Part shown: piece by piece, positions 1 through 11,980 of the stretch | Numbering within the stretch: position 1 is the stretch's first letter | Layout of the letters: each line of letters starts with the position of its first letter | Source of the DNA: Zancudomyces culisetae HAW-14-8 | Taxonomy: Eukaryota > Fungi > Kickxellomycota | Direction: 5' to 3' | NCBI GenBank assembly: GCA_052426225.1 | Contig: JBNJNM010000021.1 | Span: 806,001-870,000 of the forward strand | DNA length: 64,000 bases | The notes under the pieces: model-generated | Database searches by the model: none | Told to the model about the DNA's origin: nothing | What the model saw: the letters and a program-made list of their open reading frames with translations, nothing else | Position numbers and translations under genes: made by a program

Positions 1-1109
1 ATTAAATCCAAATTTCGTAGTTTAAATATAAAATTTGTTTTTTTGTTTATTATCATTTTTTTTACCAGTTTTATTTGATTTACCTAGCTATATAACAATA
101 CACTAGATGATAACACCTGCAAGATAAAACCTCCAGACATTTTCACTATGAAGCATTCAATTTCAAAATATTTACGTTCATCAATCAGGACTGTCATTTA
201 GGCATGTTTCAGGAATTGAAAATCCTTTGTGCCAGTACCAATTTATATTTAGCATATAATTTGAACTACTTTGAGAAATGTAAGTATATCATCTTTTTTC
301 TAATCTAAATGGGGTGTTTAAATGTATTCTATTTGTACAGCCCTTTAACATAATTTCTCAGCTTATTTCAATAACAGTTATACTAGAAGATTCTGTTTCG
401 ATTTGCGCATAAATTCAGACGCCATACATACCTATGACCGGAAAATTCTTGAGATTGAAAGATGCCCGCTTTTATTAAAAAGATCTTTTGCAAAGATTTT
501 TTTAATAATAATTGTGGATTTTACAATCAAAAGCTAGAATTATGAACTAAATCGGTGTATCTTTACGTATATCGTTTTCCCCTAATGTTATAATTCTAGA
601 TTCAAGAGTATGTTTTCCAAAACTAAGAAACATAATCATGAATGAATAAAAGATTGGCTCTGTAGACAGAGAAAAGTAAAAAATGTTTGAAAGGGGATAA
701 AGATGAGGGAAAACTAAAGGGAAATGATGTAAGAAAGGAGATGAATATATCAACCGATATTTATATGCGTGTAAATTTCTTGGTATTTTATCTCTTTACC
801 TTGTCATTCTTCCTTTTCCCCACTTTTTTCGCTCTTGAATATTTTTTTAAATCTCTTAATTGTACTATAGATGTTCGTTCCTCATTCATACAACACAATT
901 ATATTTACATCGATATTCTTATTAGAAGAGTCATAATGATATGGGGCTATGATAAGAGACTGCCATTGTTGATGAATTATTTGAAATAACTCACTCAGTG
1001 AATTAACTCTGAGCAGTTTATTGGTGATATACCTAATCTAACAAAAAAAACCTCTTTGTGTAGAGAAAAAGGAAGAAAAAAAACACAATCAGATAAGTGG
1101 GGAAGATTC

Positions 1110-3150
1110 CTAAGCAATATACAGAGACCGGAAATACTCTACAACATCTTCATCCTGCTTCCTAACTAGTTCAGCTTTTTCGCGCGCAACTTTTGCAGGT
1201 CCTATGTTGACAGTGGAACTACACGCATACTCGTCGTAGGAGTAGTAATGGTCAGCTGGTGATGTAGAGACGGAAGAGCGTTTGAGGTTCTTTGGGATGA
1301 CAAAGCTGAGTTGTGGCTGGGGATACCGCGAGTCAGAAAACGAGCCCAACCCATTATCGGTTGTATTGGGGTCAGCGCCTCTACGCAATGAATTGCTTTT
1401 GTTCGAGCCGGCTAGAAACTGGGGCTCAGGCAAAACTAGCTTCGGAGCTTTCTCAGCCTTGTATGAAACGGCACCCTTCTTATTGCTGACATCTAGCGAT
1501 AGCACACGGACGCCCTTGCGCTGCTTTTCGTTATACTCATCCAATTTTTGCTTATATTCGTCAAACGCCCTTTTATAGGCCATTTTTTGCGACTCTGTAA
1601 GCCAGTTCGAGCCGAGATATTTGTTCAGATCAAAATCTTTGTCCAAGTCAATAAGTTTTGATCGTTGCGCACTGGTTCTGTCATATAACAAAAGGCGTTC
1701 TTTTAATGCCAATGCTTCATATAGCGACAATATATCCGATATTATGGATTCATCTATGGTAATACCACCAGATTGTTGTTGCATTAGTTGTCTAGCTTTG
1801 TTTGCGATAGTCGGTTTTTGTTTATTGACATTTTCAATTGATAGCTTATCTTCAAACGCTGACTCAAGTCTCTCGGGATTCCATTCGAGATCTCCATTAT
1901 CAGCATTCTTGTCAGAATACTGGCTCCCACCCTCAATTCCATTTCCCCTTTCCTTCCCCTTTCCTTTCATCACTATGGCCTCGTTTTGTGTTTTAGAGGA
2001 TAAAGGCTCCCAGTTTTCTGAGGAAAGGCCGTCATTCACACTATTCTTGTACAGATTACGGGTAATACTTCTTGAGCTATACAAAATAGCAGCAGGATTT
2101 ACACCTGTAGTAGGTACACCTGTGTATATCGAAGAGGATTGGGCTTTTTCTCCAGAATTCTTCAAGCTAGACTTATTCAGAGTCACACCTGTTGTATCAG
2201 GGGTCAGTCTGTCCATTAAAAGGTCATAAATAGGCATTGCTACTTTGTCAAGCTGGTGAATATTGCGCTTTGAAGATTGTGTTTGTGTCGGATTCTTGGA
2301 TTGCTCTTGATCGTCTTTACCATTATCTTCATTGTTGCCATTGTGTTGTCCAAGAATTTTCTTAATCGTCTCTAGTATCTGCTGTTGAGGTGATTGTATT
2401 TCTGTTTTACAAAAAAAACATTTACCAGGCCCCTCGGCTTGACAAACTGCTCTCCCACAAGTTATACAGTTTGTAAACAACTCATGATATACCCCTTGAC
2501 AACCGCACTCGATTCTTCTTTTATTTGCTGCAAATTTTTGCTGTAGTTGCTTGTTCTTTGTCCCTTTGGGTGTACCTTTATTGGATTCCTTGACCACACT
2601 TTGCTTTATATTACTGTTAACCGACCCAGAGGTTGGGCTGCTGTTCTTGCTTTCCGAGACGCCTTTTGTAATATTGGTTTTTCTAAGAACATTGTGTGTT
2701 CCAACAGTCGACTTGAGATCGTGTGTCTTGGATACAGAAGATTCTTTATATTTATTGACCTTGTCTTTAGTGAGACTAGTATGATTGGTGTTCGCATTTT
2801 TAGTTTCATTTGCGACAGCGTTAGATGATGTCCTAGCAAAAGGTGGAAAGGCTTTGGCAAGAAACTTGGATGCAAATTCTAAAACGTTCTCATGATAACC
2901 CAAAACTTCCTATTAAATTATAATAAAGTTCTTAGTATTCTAAGTGTAAAAACAGTGAGTGAGTATTACGGTAAAAGTAAAGAAAAAAAACCACCAAACT
3001 TACAAGCATTTCAGCCTCCAGTTCTTGTTTATCTGTAATGCTTAAAAACCGGTCCAAAATCAGGCTGGATGAGTCCCTAGGAAGCTGTATAGACTGGCTT
3101 ATTTCGTCTATTGCCCAATCCTTATCTTGCTGAGAGAGATTTCCATTCAT
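1110..3150 (-). CDS. RQT4: Rqt4/TRIP4 (ASC-1)-like C2HC5 zinc-finger protein, ribosome quality control trigger subunit; exons 3004-3150 and 1110-2909 (648 aa)
   Basis: Motif CGCQGVYHELFTNCITCGRAVCQAEGPGKCFFC and the conserved ERLLLYDRTSAQRSKLIDLDKDF block. Intron 2910-3003 (GTAAG...ATAG, branch TACTAAG) joins the two ORF-track frames in phase. Confidence 0.88.
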
Positions 3151-5132
3151 TCTTCTACATATAAATATTTACAAACCTTAGAAGGTGTAGAGTATGCACA
3201 AAGTGTATGTTATTTTTTTTCAGCCTAATTTTCTCAATAGAATATAATAAAAGTTCCAAAAGCTTTTCTAAATATATTTGCTTATTTATCACAATCTGGT
3301 TATTATTTTTGTGCTAATATGGGATAGAAAAAACTACAACTTTCAACTTTTTTTTTCAGTATGGGCACCAAAAATAAATAAATATTAATAACGGCACTTC
3401 CAAGCAATTCCAATCCTAACCATACCTATTAATAAAAGGACATTATTGGTTGAAAGTATTAAAGTCAGTTTCTACTTACAAGCTGCGCAATTAAGTGCTA
3501 GACATATGATTTCCTTGACATATGTTTTTCAAACGATTTTCAGATCTTTACCGCAATAAGCACTTCTTTCTTAGCACCACCATTGTATTTTTTTAGAAAA
3601 TAGAAAAGAGTAGGTAGAAATCCTTATGGTCCTGTTTACATTTCAATACACATCGTATCTGGAACTTTTCTTAATAACAGAAACGTACACGCCAAGAAAT
3701 CGTGATGTTTGATTAAACTTGGTTGCATATATCTTTCAAGTTTGAGGAAAACTAATAATATGTATCTAGCTAGTGCCGAAATGATGCCTGATTTATTGCT
3801 GTTAGGCAATAAAAAAAGGATATGCAAATATATTGAAAACTAAGTATAAGTTACTCAAATATAGGTTCTCTGAAAGGTAAAAAGTTGTTTATCAACCTTT
3901 TTCTAATTTTATGCGTTGCTAAATCAGCAGAATAAATACAAGCTAAACAAATTATACCTATTGGGCAAGGTTTGCACTCGAGAAAAACTATCCACCTTAA
4001 TTGAGAGGAAAGGAAAAAATATTCTTGAGGTTTCTTTCATCCATTTCTTTAAACAAGCTTAAGAACCTTCCACACATCAATGTATAACATAAAAACCGTG
4101 TTATCTATTTTTACAATCAAAACAGGTATCGATATATTGCTACAGAATCGGTATTATTGACAACATTTTTTTTCATTCTATCTCAAAACTACCAATATTA
4201 AACCCTACAAAAAAAAAGCGACAACAATAAAAAAATGCACACTTGACTATAAAGTTTTCTTAATAGCACATAAAATGAAGGCACTATTCTCATTTCAGGA
4301 GTGACTTCTCGCTTCTCTTCTCCCCAAGCCGACGATACTGGAGGTAATTAAACATGAATACATGCTGGTACAAATTTAGTACTCCATAAAAAAGCTTTCT
4401 CAACCCAGTTGAATAAATGGCCCCTACTGATCCCCTCTTTTTAGATATGGGGTACTCATGACCGCTTTTCTTTTGTTGGATTATTGATAGCTTCGCGTCC
4501 TCCGGAATACTATGCACTGATTTTGGTATTAATCCCTTCTGCCGCAGAGGTACAAAGCTCTTTTAAATACCGATCACTAGATGCTTCACAACTCAGCTCA
4601 TATTTATCTGCATATTTGAGCTTGATATATGCCATATCACCGAAAAAAAAAACTGCAGAGTACTACTGGTTTACTTTGTGCTCGCCAATATGTGTCGAAT
4701 TGTGGCATTCTTTACAATATTACTTTTATTTTACTCAAAACGCTGATATTTAATTTAAATTATGCTAAACCAGATAGATGTGAGGTAAATAAAACGTAGA
4801 TACCAGGTCTGTAAACTTTTTAATTTAAATATTACACGTATAAGAAAAAAGTAAATAAAATTTTCTTGAAAATGGATGATATTCAGCTCCTGGTGATGGT
4901 GGCTTGTCGCTCCTTCTGCTTGTCAGCATACTTGGTACATTAAACAACAAGCTCCAAAATGCCGGTTTTGATTGAACCACTGTAAAAAAAAACAAATGCA
5001 ATAAAAAATGGTACAGAAAAGACGTTTTTGATGAGACTGTAAATTATTGCTTTTTATTTGATATTATTAAACTAGGATCAAGTGATTTAAAAGAAAAGGT
5101 AAGAAATGTAGGTAAAATAAAAAATAAAAAAA

Positions 5133-7367
5133 CTAGACAAACTCAACAGTCTCATCAATAAGTTCTTCAACGATTTCCTCAATGACTTCCTGGTCTTGTT
5201 CAACGGGCTTAAGCTCAACGTAGCCGAGTTTGGCAGCGGCATCGGAAATGGCTTTAATACGAGCAGAGCATGTTTGTCTCCACGAAGACCATTCAGAAAT
5301 GAGACGGCGACGTAGATTGATCTGTTCAGTGTTTGCAGCAGAGGCAGCAACTCTGTCTTGCTCATCAAAGTCGGAGGAGTAGGATGAGAGGTTTTTGCGG
5401 ATCTTTGCCTTTGCGGAATCAGATAGAAGAGATGGGGGTCTGGGGCGCCACAGAGCTTGTTTGAATTTTTCCTGGAGCGATTTGAGTAGTTGCTCACCCT
5501 TGAAGTCCCAAATGACGTAGCCATTTTCCATAGAGTGGCGCCATGAAGATGCAGTAGTGAGAACATAGCGTCCGGAAGGATCCCATTCCAAATCGGTAAC
5601 ACCATAATGCTCGGTTTGCTTAAGCAGCTGAATAGAGGCGGTAGCGGCTTCAGCTTTGGAAACGCCAGATACTTCAGCATCAAGATCCCAGAACTCAAGG
5701 TCCCAGACGCTGATGGTGCGGAGTGTAGCCAAAACAATGTAGCGGCCCTTTGGTGACCAGTAGATGGAGGTTGTGTTCTTCTTTTCAAGTGTTTTCAACA
5801 ACACAAAGCTCTCCTTGACAGATAGCTTGGATTTGGATCGCACGAATTGATAGAAACTAACGTTGGACTTAACGGCTGCGGTTGCCATTCCAGAGGAGTT
5901 GATTGGTGGTGGATTGAGGTCGGCCGAGTCGACATGAATAATTGCAAACCGATGGTTGGGTGATTGGGGCTCCCACGCAAATGCCACGACACCACCTTTG
6001 ACTTCAACAATCTCGGATGGAATGTCACGCTCGCTGACACGGAAAATCTCCAAATTGGTAAGAACAGATTTCTTGGATTTGGTGTAACGCAACACCTTTG
6101 CACACAGCAAATCGCCTGTTGGGTTCCAGTGCAGCGAAATGTCCTTTACACTAATCATATTCTTGGTTCGAAGGATCTCCATAGTTGGCACCGTCATGAT
6201 TGTAACTCTTCCTGGCTGGTTATCCACTTCGGGGAACCAGTATGCAATTGTATCCTGGTTCTTGCGTGTTCGTGTCTTGATGTCATCGTTTGGTCGCCAG
6301 TCGAACCCTGCTACGCCTGGAACATTCAAGCTCTTCTTGCCCACCATTGTCATCTGTGGTGCCTCATATATCGATATCTTTGATCCTGGTGTCATTCGTG
6401 CAAGGTAATTCTCGGTAGCTGACCATTTGAAGCATGGCCACGAAAACTTTGTCACTGGTTCGCCATTGTCGTTAGTCACGTATCCAAATGTACGCAACAA
6501 CCTTCCGGTCTGAGTTTCCCAAACACAGAAATGGTTTCCCTCGTCAGCTTCTGTGAAGGGATTAAGATGCTCGTTTCCGGCTCCCAACACATCGTTTACT
6601 GCCTCTACTCGGAGTGGTTCATTTGAATATGTGATTATGTATGTCTCTTGTGGGCTGGTGTCCACAAGCCTCACTCCTAAATGCACAAACCGCATAATCT
6701 TGTTCCATGAAGATCCACCCCAAAGAACCACACCCTGTCGATGCATTGTCATCAAATAAGTTCCTTGTGTGCTCCACTGGAGGTATGTCTCTGTCCAATC
6801 TTTCCGTGTCAAAATTGTCTCGACAGCCTTACCTCCATTATTCCACAATGCTGTGATGTTCTGATCTGCCAAGGTGCACAATTGATCGCGAGACAGCTCA
6901 TCTAGTAGCCAGTACTTCATATGTTCCTTTGCTACAAATTCTGTCTTTGGTGGCACTACAAATTCTTCCGGCACTCTGGAGTATTTTTCCACATCCATAA
7001 AATGATTTACCATCAATGTGTGCGACTTGTCCAATCTGTACCCATTCAACTCCTTAATAGCATCCTGCGCCTGATCTGCTGTCTCGAATTCTATAAAGGC
7101 GTATCCTTTCGATTTTCTTTTGCCTTTTTCTTCTCCCATAGGCATGTGGACTCCATCTTCCAAAATCTTTCCCACGCCCTTTGTGATTTTTTTCAACAAA
7201 GCAACCAACTTGGGTTCTTTGGCCTCATCTACCACTGGAAGATTATCTACCAACACCACGTTATCCAATCCACTCTCCAAAAATGTTTGTGAATATTCAA
7301 TCTCCAAATCTGAATAGTCAATGTCGTCTTCCGTTGCTGGAAGTTTGTTAATGTCAAATCCCTTCAT
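5133..7367 (-). CDS. PRT1: Translation initiation factor eIF3 subunit b (744 aa, intronless)
   Basis: N-terminal RRM (VVLVDNLPVV; KGYAFIEF; LNGYRLDKSHTL), beta-propeller motifs (WSPKGRYIVLA, EHYGVTDLEWDPSGRYV) and C-terminal WRPRPPSLL...IEEIVEELIDET. Confidence 0.97.
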   Translation of the reverse strand: MKGFDINKLPATEDDIDYSDLEIEYSQTFLESGLDNVVLVDNLPVVDEAKEPKLVALLKKITKGVGKILEDGVHMPMGEEKGKRKSKGYAFIEFETADQAQDAIKELNGYRLDKSHTLMVNHFMDVEKYSRVPEEFVVPPKTEFVAKEHMKYWLLDELSRDQLCTLADQNITALWNNGGKAVETILTRKDWTETYLQWSTQGTYLMTMHRQGVVLWGGSSWNKIMRFVHLGVRLVDTSPQETYIITYSNEPLRVEAVNDVLGAGNEHLNPFTEADEGNHFCVWETQTGRLLRTFGYVTNDNGEPVTKFSWPCFKWSATENYLARMTPGSKISIYEAPQMTMVGKKSLNVPGVAGFDWRPNDDIKTRTRKNQDTIAYWFPEVDNQPGRVTIMTVPTMEILRTKNMISVKDISLHWNPTGDLLCAKVLRYTKSKKSVLTNLEIFRVSERDIPSEIVEVKGGVVAFAWEPQSPNHRFAIIHVDSADLNPPPINSSGMATAAVKSNVSFYQFVRSKSKLSVKESFVLLKTLEKKNTTSIYWSPKGRYIVLATLRTISVWDLEFWDLDAEVSGVSKAEAATASIQLLKQTEHYGVTDLEWDPSGRYVLTTASSWRHSMENGYVIWDFKGEQLLKSLQEKFKQALWRPRPPSLLSDSAKAKIRKNLSSYSSDFDEQDRVAASAANTEQINLRRRLISEWSSWRQTCSARIKAISDAAAKLGYVELKPVEQDQEVIEEIVEELIDETVEFV

Positions 7368-7569
7368 TTCTATTACGGTACCGTTTCTTTTTCTTTTTCT
7401 CTTCTCAATTGTCTGCCCTTTTGTAACTGAATCTAAAAAACCCCTGCTTTTAAATTCTTTTCACTTGCAACGCAATTGCTTCTTTTTTTCCTCACAGCTT
7501 TGATTTCTGTTTGTTTTTTTATCGGTTTTCTAAACTTTTCTTATTTTCAGTTCATATGAATAAATTGAA

Positions 7570-7593
7570 TTGAAAAAAAAAAATTTTTTCAGC
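7570..7593 (-). promoter_or_regulatory. RRPE-like element (TGAAAAAATTTT) upstream of eIF3b
   Basis: Minus strand reads GCTGAAAAAATTTTTTTT about 210 nt upstream of the ATG. RRPE is typical of yeast ribosome-biogenesis and translation genes, but an AT-rich background makes a chance match plausible. Confidence 0.35.
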
Positions 7594-8245
7594 TTTTGGA
7601 TTTTAATTCGGGGCCCTACAATAAACCGCTTACATTTGCACCAACAATTCCTCCAAACCATTTACTTTTTTTCAAAATTAATTCGAAAAAGTGAAAACAA
7701 CCCTTCACAGCTTTCTCAGTAAAATAAAAAATAATGCTTGAAGCATCACCAATCCTCGAACAGGTTTTCTTTGCTCATGTCATGACATCCATTTTGTTGT
7801 TCAGGAGGCCAGGGTTCTGTAGACATAAACGAAAAAAGCACTCTTAAATGTTTGCACATTTACTGGTGGGTCAGAAACTCAGTTTTTTTTCTTTTTGATT
7901 ATAAGCTCAGATTATAGATCTGTAGGCAGTGGCATATATGGTTCTGTGAGGGCTAAAATACTACAAAAAATATACAGATACACGGCACACAACTATCTTC
8001 AATAGGCCTAAAACTTAAGCGACCAAGCGGTCAAGCATGTACCTTCATATTTTATCTTCAAGCTCGCCCATTTCGATATTTGAGTAGTGATATATTAATC
8101 CCGAAAAAAGTTTAAAAAAAGCGAAAACGAGAGCTATATCCCGGATAGTCACAAAAAATATCCGTTTTATTTATACCGCCTACTCATATGCATAGTGTGA
8201 ACAAAAATAAACGATTCCAGCAAAACAGTCAGAGGAACGGCGTCT

Positions 8246-9453
8246 TTATTCGTTCTTGTAAGCTGGCTTGCGCTTTTCGGCAAATGCATTCATTCCCTCC
8301 TTTTGGTCCTTGGTGGCAAAGGTAGAATGGAACATTGTACGCTCCATCTTAAGCCCACTAGCCAAAGGAACCTCGAATGCTATTTTTTTATAGTAAACAA
8401 ATTTTACCAACATAAGCAAGAGAAGAAGCAAAATATCTGTAAAAGTAATCCCGGGGGGGAGTATAATAAAATAAAAGCAACTTACAGTTATTAATAGACT
8501 CCTTTGCCATTTGCACACTCAACATACTTCTGTTGCTAATGGTTTTTGCGGTCTCCATAGCTACATCCACAACCTTGTCGACTGGGTGTACACTACTTAC
8601 CAATCCAAATTGGTATGCTTCCTGTGCTGTCATGTTTATTGATCCTGTTAAGATCATTTCCATGGCCTTCGATTTGCCAACAGCCTTGGTCAGTCTTTGG
8701 GTCCCTCCGGCTCCTGGAATGGTTCCAATGACAATCTCTGGTTGACCAAACACTGCCTTTTCACCCGCGTATATGATATCACACATCATTGCCAGCTCGC
8801 ATCCTCCTCCCAATGCAAATCCGTTTACAGCAGCTATGATTGGTTTTCTCATCTTTTCAAACTGGTGTACCCAGTGTGACAAAAACCCTGATGTGTAGTT
8901 CTTCACAAACTCACTGTCTTTCATTTCAACAATATCTGCACCAGCCGCAAAAGCACGCTCGCTTCCTGTAAGCACAACTGCTCCAATTTTTGGGTCGTTA
9001 TCCAGGGCAAGCAGGGACTCGTTTAGCTCTACAAAAAGCTGGTTACACAACGCGTTCAAGGCTTTTGGACGGTTTAATTTTACCAAACCGACTTTACCAA
9101 CCACCTCTGTTACGATAAACTTGTGGTTATGACTGTGCTTTGTTGAGTACACTATATTTTTTTATATCTTGAATTGAGTTAGTTGTTTTTATGGTTAGTT
9201 TTACTTATTCACTCGGTCTTTCTCCCACCAATCCCTTTCCTTCTGGTGAAAGTTTCCCATGGGATATACATCAATTGTGTCATCGATTCCTAATGCCTTC
9301 CAAGATCGCGAATAGCACAAATCGAAAATGAGAAAGATGTAATACATTATTTCACTTACAAAGCTTACTAGCGCCGAAAGAACCAATCTTTAGGCTGTTG
9401 GTTGGCACGCTTGAAGCTGCACGAGATATTGGGCGCAAACTAAATTTAAACAT
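8246..9453 (-). CDS. ECHS1: Mitochondrial short-chain enoyl-CoA hydratase; exons 9360-9453, 8486-9151, 8246-8379 (297 aa)
   Basis: Crotonase motifs [51 protein letters not shown]. Exon 1 ([31 protein letters not shown]) is basic, hydroxylated and acid-free, like a presequence. GT-AG introns are in phase. Confidence 0.94.
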
Positions 9454-10450
9454 TCTTATCGTTAGATGCTTTTAAAGTGTATAGATTCCTCCCTAGAGTA
9501 TTTTTACTTGTGCTAAATTGTTTAGATAAAGATAGCGTCTAATATTAATAAAATGGTTCTTGATATTCGTAGCAGTTAAATAGCTTAGAATTCCAGTTAC
9601 AACAAAAGGGGAGTAACTTTTTTTTTTTTGTTCAACACTCCGCAAATTTTGTGTTGAGATTTGGGGTTTTTGCAAGTGTGGGGATTTTCATACGCCAGAA
9701 AAATACATTGAGTACAAAAAACCGCTGCTTGGAGCTGATTTGTGTTTTTTTCTGTTTCATGTTCACACTTTTTTTTTTCAAAGAGCGAAAACAATTTCTG
9801 CGAATTAGCTTTAATGTGATTTTTTTGGTTTGGAAAAATCTGTATGATGTTGATTCCAAACCCTTATCTAAAACCAGAAAAAACAAAAGCACCAACCAGC
9901 CAATGTAGAACAAATTCACAGTTAGCCATAAGCCCCTGGGTAAAAAGCATGAGAGGAAAAATATACTATGCTTGGACACAAGCGTTGACTTCTAAGCAAA
10001 ACAGGGCATATATATATATACCTGCAAGCTCTAGCTTGCTGAAGCATACTTGATTATGCTAAAATATATGAAATTCACCTAGGAAGTCAAATAAATAGAA
10101 TAATTTGTTCAATAAAGCTAGAATGGTTCGGTATAACACCGGTTGGAGCTGCCGCAAGGCAATGTCATCTTCCCTTTCCGCTTAATTTTATGGTCAAATG
10201 TATATTTCAAGACCGCAGTACTTTGTACTAAAAAATAAATAAGATTTATAAATTAAAAAAATATTAGATACCTATTACATCAAGAACCAGTTATGCAAGT
10301 CAGGTATTTTTAGAAGTAAAGTAACTACATGATATAATGGTCGATTGTTATGTTTAATAATTTTCTAAAATATACATTTTATTTAGACTAGAATGATGAC
10401 AAAATAAGAAAACAAACAGGTTTATAAATATATTTTTAATATAAACATAA

Positions 10451-11980
10451 TTAGAACAAACATGTAAACCAAAGTTGTGCAAATAAGGCAATAGTTAATA
10501 CACCAGTTATACGACCAAAGCTTGAAATAAGTGATGCCGCCGAAGACTTGGTGGTTTCTAAGCTTGATGAAGCAGTTGTTTTTGACAAAGGCAAAGCACT
10601 TTGACTTGTAGTAGAGGATAGCATGGCATCCAAAGTAGCATTACTTGTAGTCCCACTAGGAGTCAAGGTGGCTGTACTCTGGTTTAATATCGAAGAAGTG
10701 CATGTTTGACAAGACATACCAGTGGAGCTTGCAGGTGCCCCAGATGGGGTTGGACTGGAAATACTCGAACGGTGGTACAGTTTTGATGGAAGTGCTGGAG
10801 CAAATGGGGCAGGAAGTGTAGGATGACCAAAAACCACAGGGACGCCAATAGCTACAGGGGTACTAAGAACGGAAGTTCTCGAAAGCCGTGGTGCTTTTGC
10901 TGGAAATCCTGGAGCGAGAAAAGCAGGGAGTGTACTGTGACCAAAAAATACAGGGACACCAAGACTGGTGGTAATTGAGGTTGGACTTGGGGTTGGGGTT
11001 GAGCTTGGGTCTGAAGCAGAACTTGAGGTTTGGGCTAGATCTGAAGTTAAATTTGCGCTTAGTTTTGAATTCTCGATTTCAGTTGAGTTTATGGGCGAGT
11101 AGACAATATCATGTTCATCCAATCCTGTAGTCGATGTAATCCAAAGAAGGTAGTATCCTGCATGTGTAAAAAATTCTGCCGCTCCATTATAACCACAGTA
11201 GGTTTCTGGGGAAGTGTTACCTGGTGCCTCATCATAGCTTGTTATGCCTACAAGTGCATGCTTACCGTCATTTACATACGACAATGGTCCTCCTGAGTCT
11301 CCAAAGCATGTACCCTGGTGATTTTCAACTATTACACATACTTCTTCATTTTGGTTGCTGGTCCAATCAGCATTAACAATGCTGCAGGTCTCTGAAGATG
11401 AAGCGATTAGGTCAACCTTTAACAAAACACTGGATGCGCTGCCATTGTCCATAACATCTGTAGTTCCCCACCCAGCCGTGACTAGGTTCATTCCATCAGG
11501 GATATCGTCCAAGTATATCGGAACTGGAGTTGCTATGGTGTTAGGAACAGATTCTTCCAGCACAACTAGCCCAATATCATTGAATAACCTCAGGTTGTCA
11601 TATTCTGGGTGAATGTATACCTCAATTACATTATATTTGTACGGATTATTACTGAAGTTTTGCACACTTCCGACAGAAATGGCAACGTCTGCTGCCTTTA
11701 AGGGTGTAACGCCATCAGACTGAACTAGACAATGTGCTGCAGTGAGCACCACCTGTGGTGCAATTAGAGAGCCGGTACACGAACCATTATCACCAAGATC
11801 AATATATACAGCATATGGGAATTCGTTTGCACCGGCTGCAGTCCCGTTGATAATACGCTGGCCAGTTGAGGGCACATTTTCCACGGGATTGTTTTCTATA
11901 CTTGCAGCTATAGCGCTGCCAGTTGCACATATAGAGGCTGAAATTATACCGCAAATCGCTTTTTTCGTAGTGACAATCAT
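10451..11980 (-). CDS. Secreted S1A (trypsin-fold) serine protease with Ser/Thr-rich stalk and probable GPI-anchor signal (509 aa)
   Basis: Signal peptide, activation site GQR|IING, catalytic triad LTAAHC / NDIGL / GDSGGP, long S/T/P stalk, and hydrophobic C-terminus ITGVLTIALFAQLWFTCLF preceded by small residues (SSAAS). Confidence 0.9.
   Translation of the reverse strand: MIVTTKKAICGIISASICATGSAIAASIENNPVENVPSTGQRIINGTAAGANEFPYAVYIDLGDNGSCTGSLIAPQVVLTAAHCLVQSDGVTPLKAADVAISVGSVQNFSNNPYKYNVIEVYIHPEYDNLRLFNDIGLVVLEESVPNTIATPVPIYLDDIPDGMNLVTAGWGTTDVMDNGSASSVLLKVDLIASSSETCSIVNADWTSNQNEEVCVIVENHQGTCFGDSGGPLSYVNDGKHALVGITSYDEAPGNTSPETYCGYNGAAEFFTHAGYYLLWITSTTGLDEHDIVYSPINSTEIENSKLSANLTSDLAQTSSSASDPSSTPTPSPTSITTSLGVPVFFGHSTLPAFLAPGFPAKAPRLSRTSVLSTPVAIGVPVVFGHPTLPAPFAPALPSKLYHRSSISSPTPSGAPASSTGMSCQTCTSSILNQSTATLTPSGTTSNATLDAMLSSTTSQSALPLSKTTASSSLETTKSSAASLISSFGRITGVLTIALFAQLWFTCLF

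Noticed and set aside
4900-4980. Minus-strand TGC TGA (C-U) after an acceptor-like site, as a possible selenoprotein exon
   Set aside because: Context (GACCLMYQVC*QAEG) matches no selenoprotein family I know, and no upstream exon or SECIS is evident.
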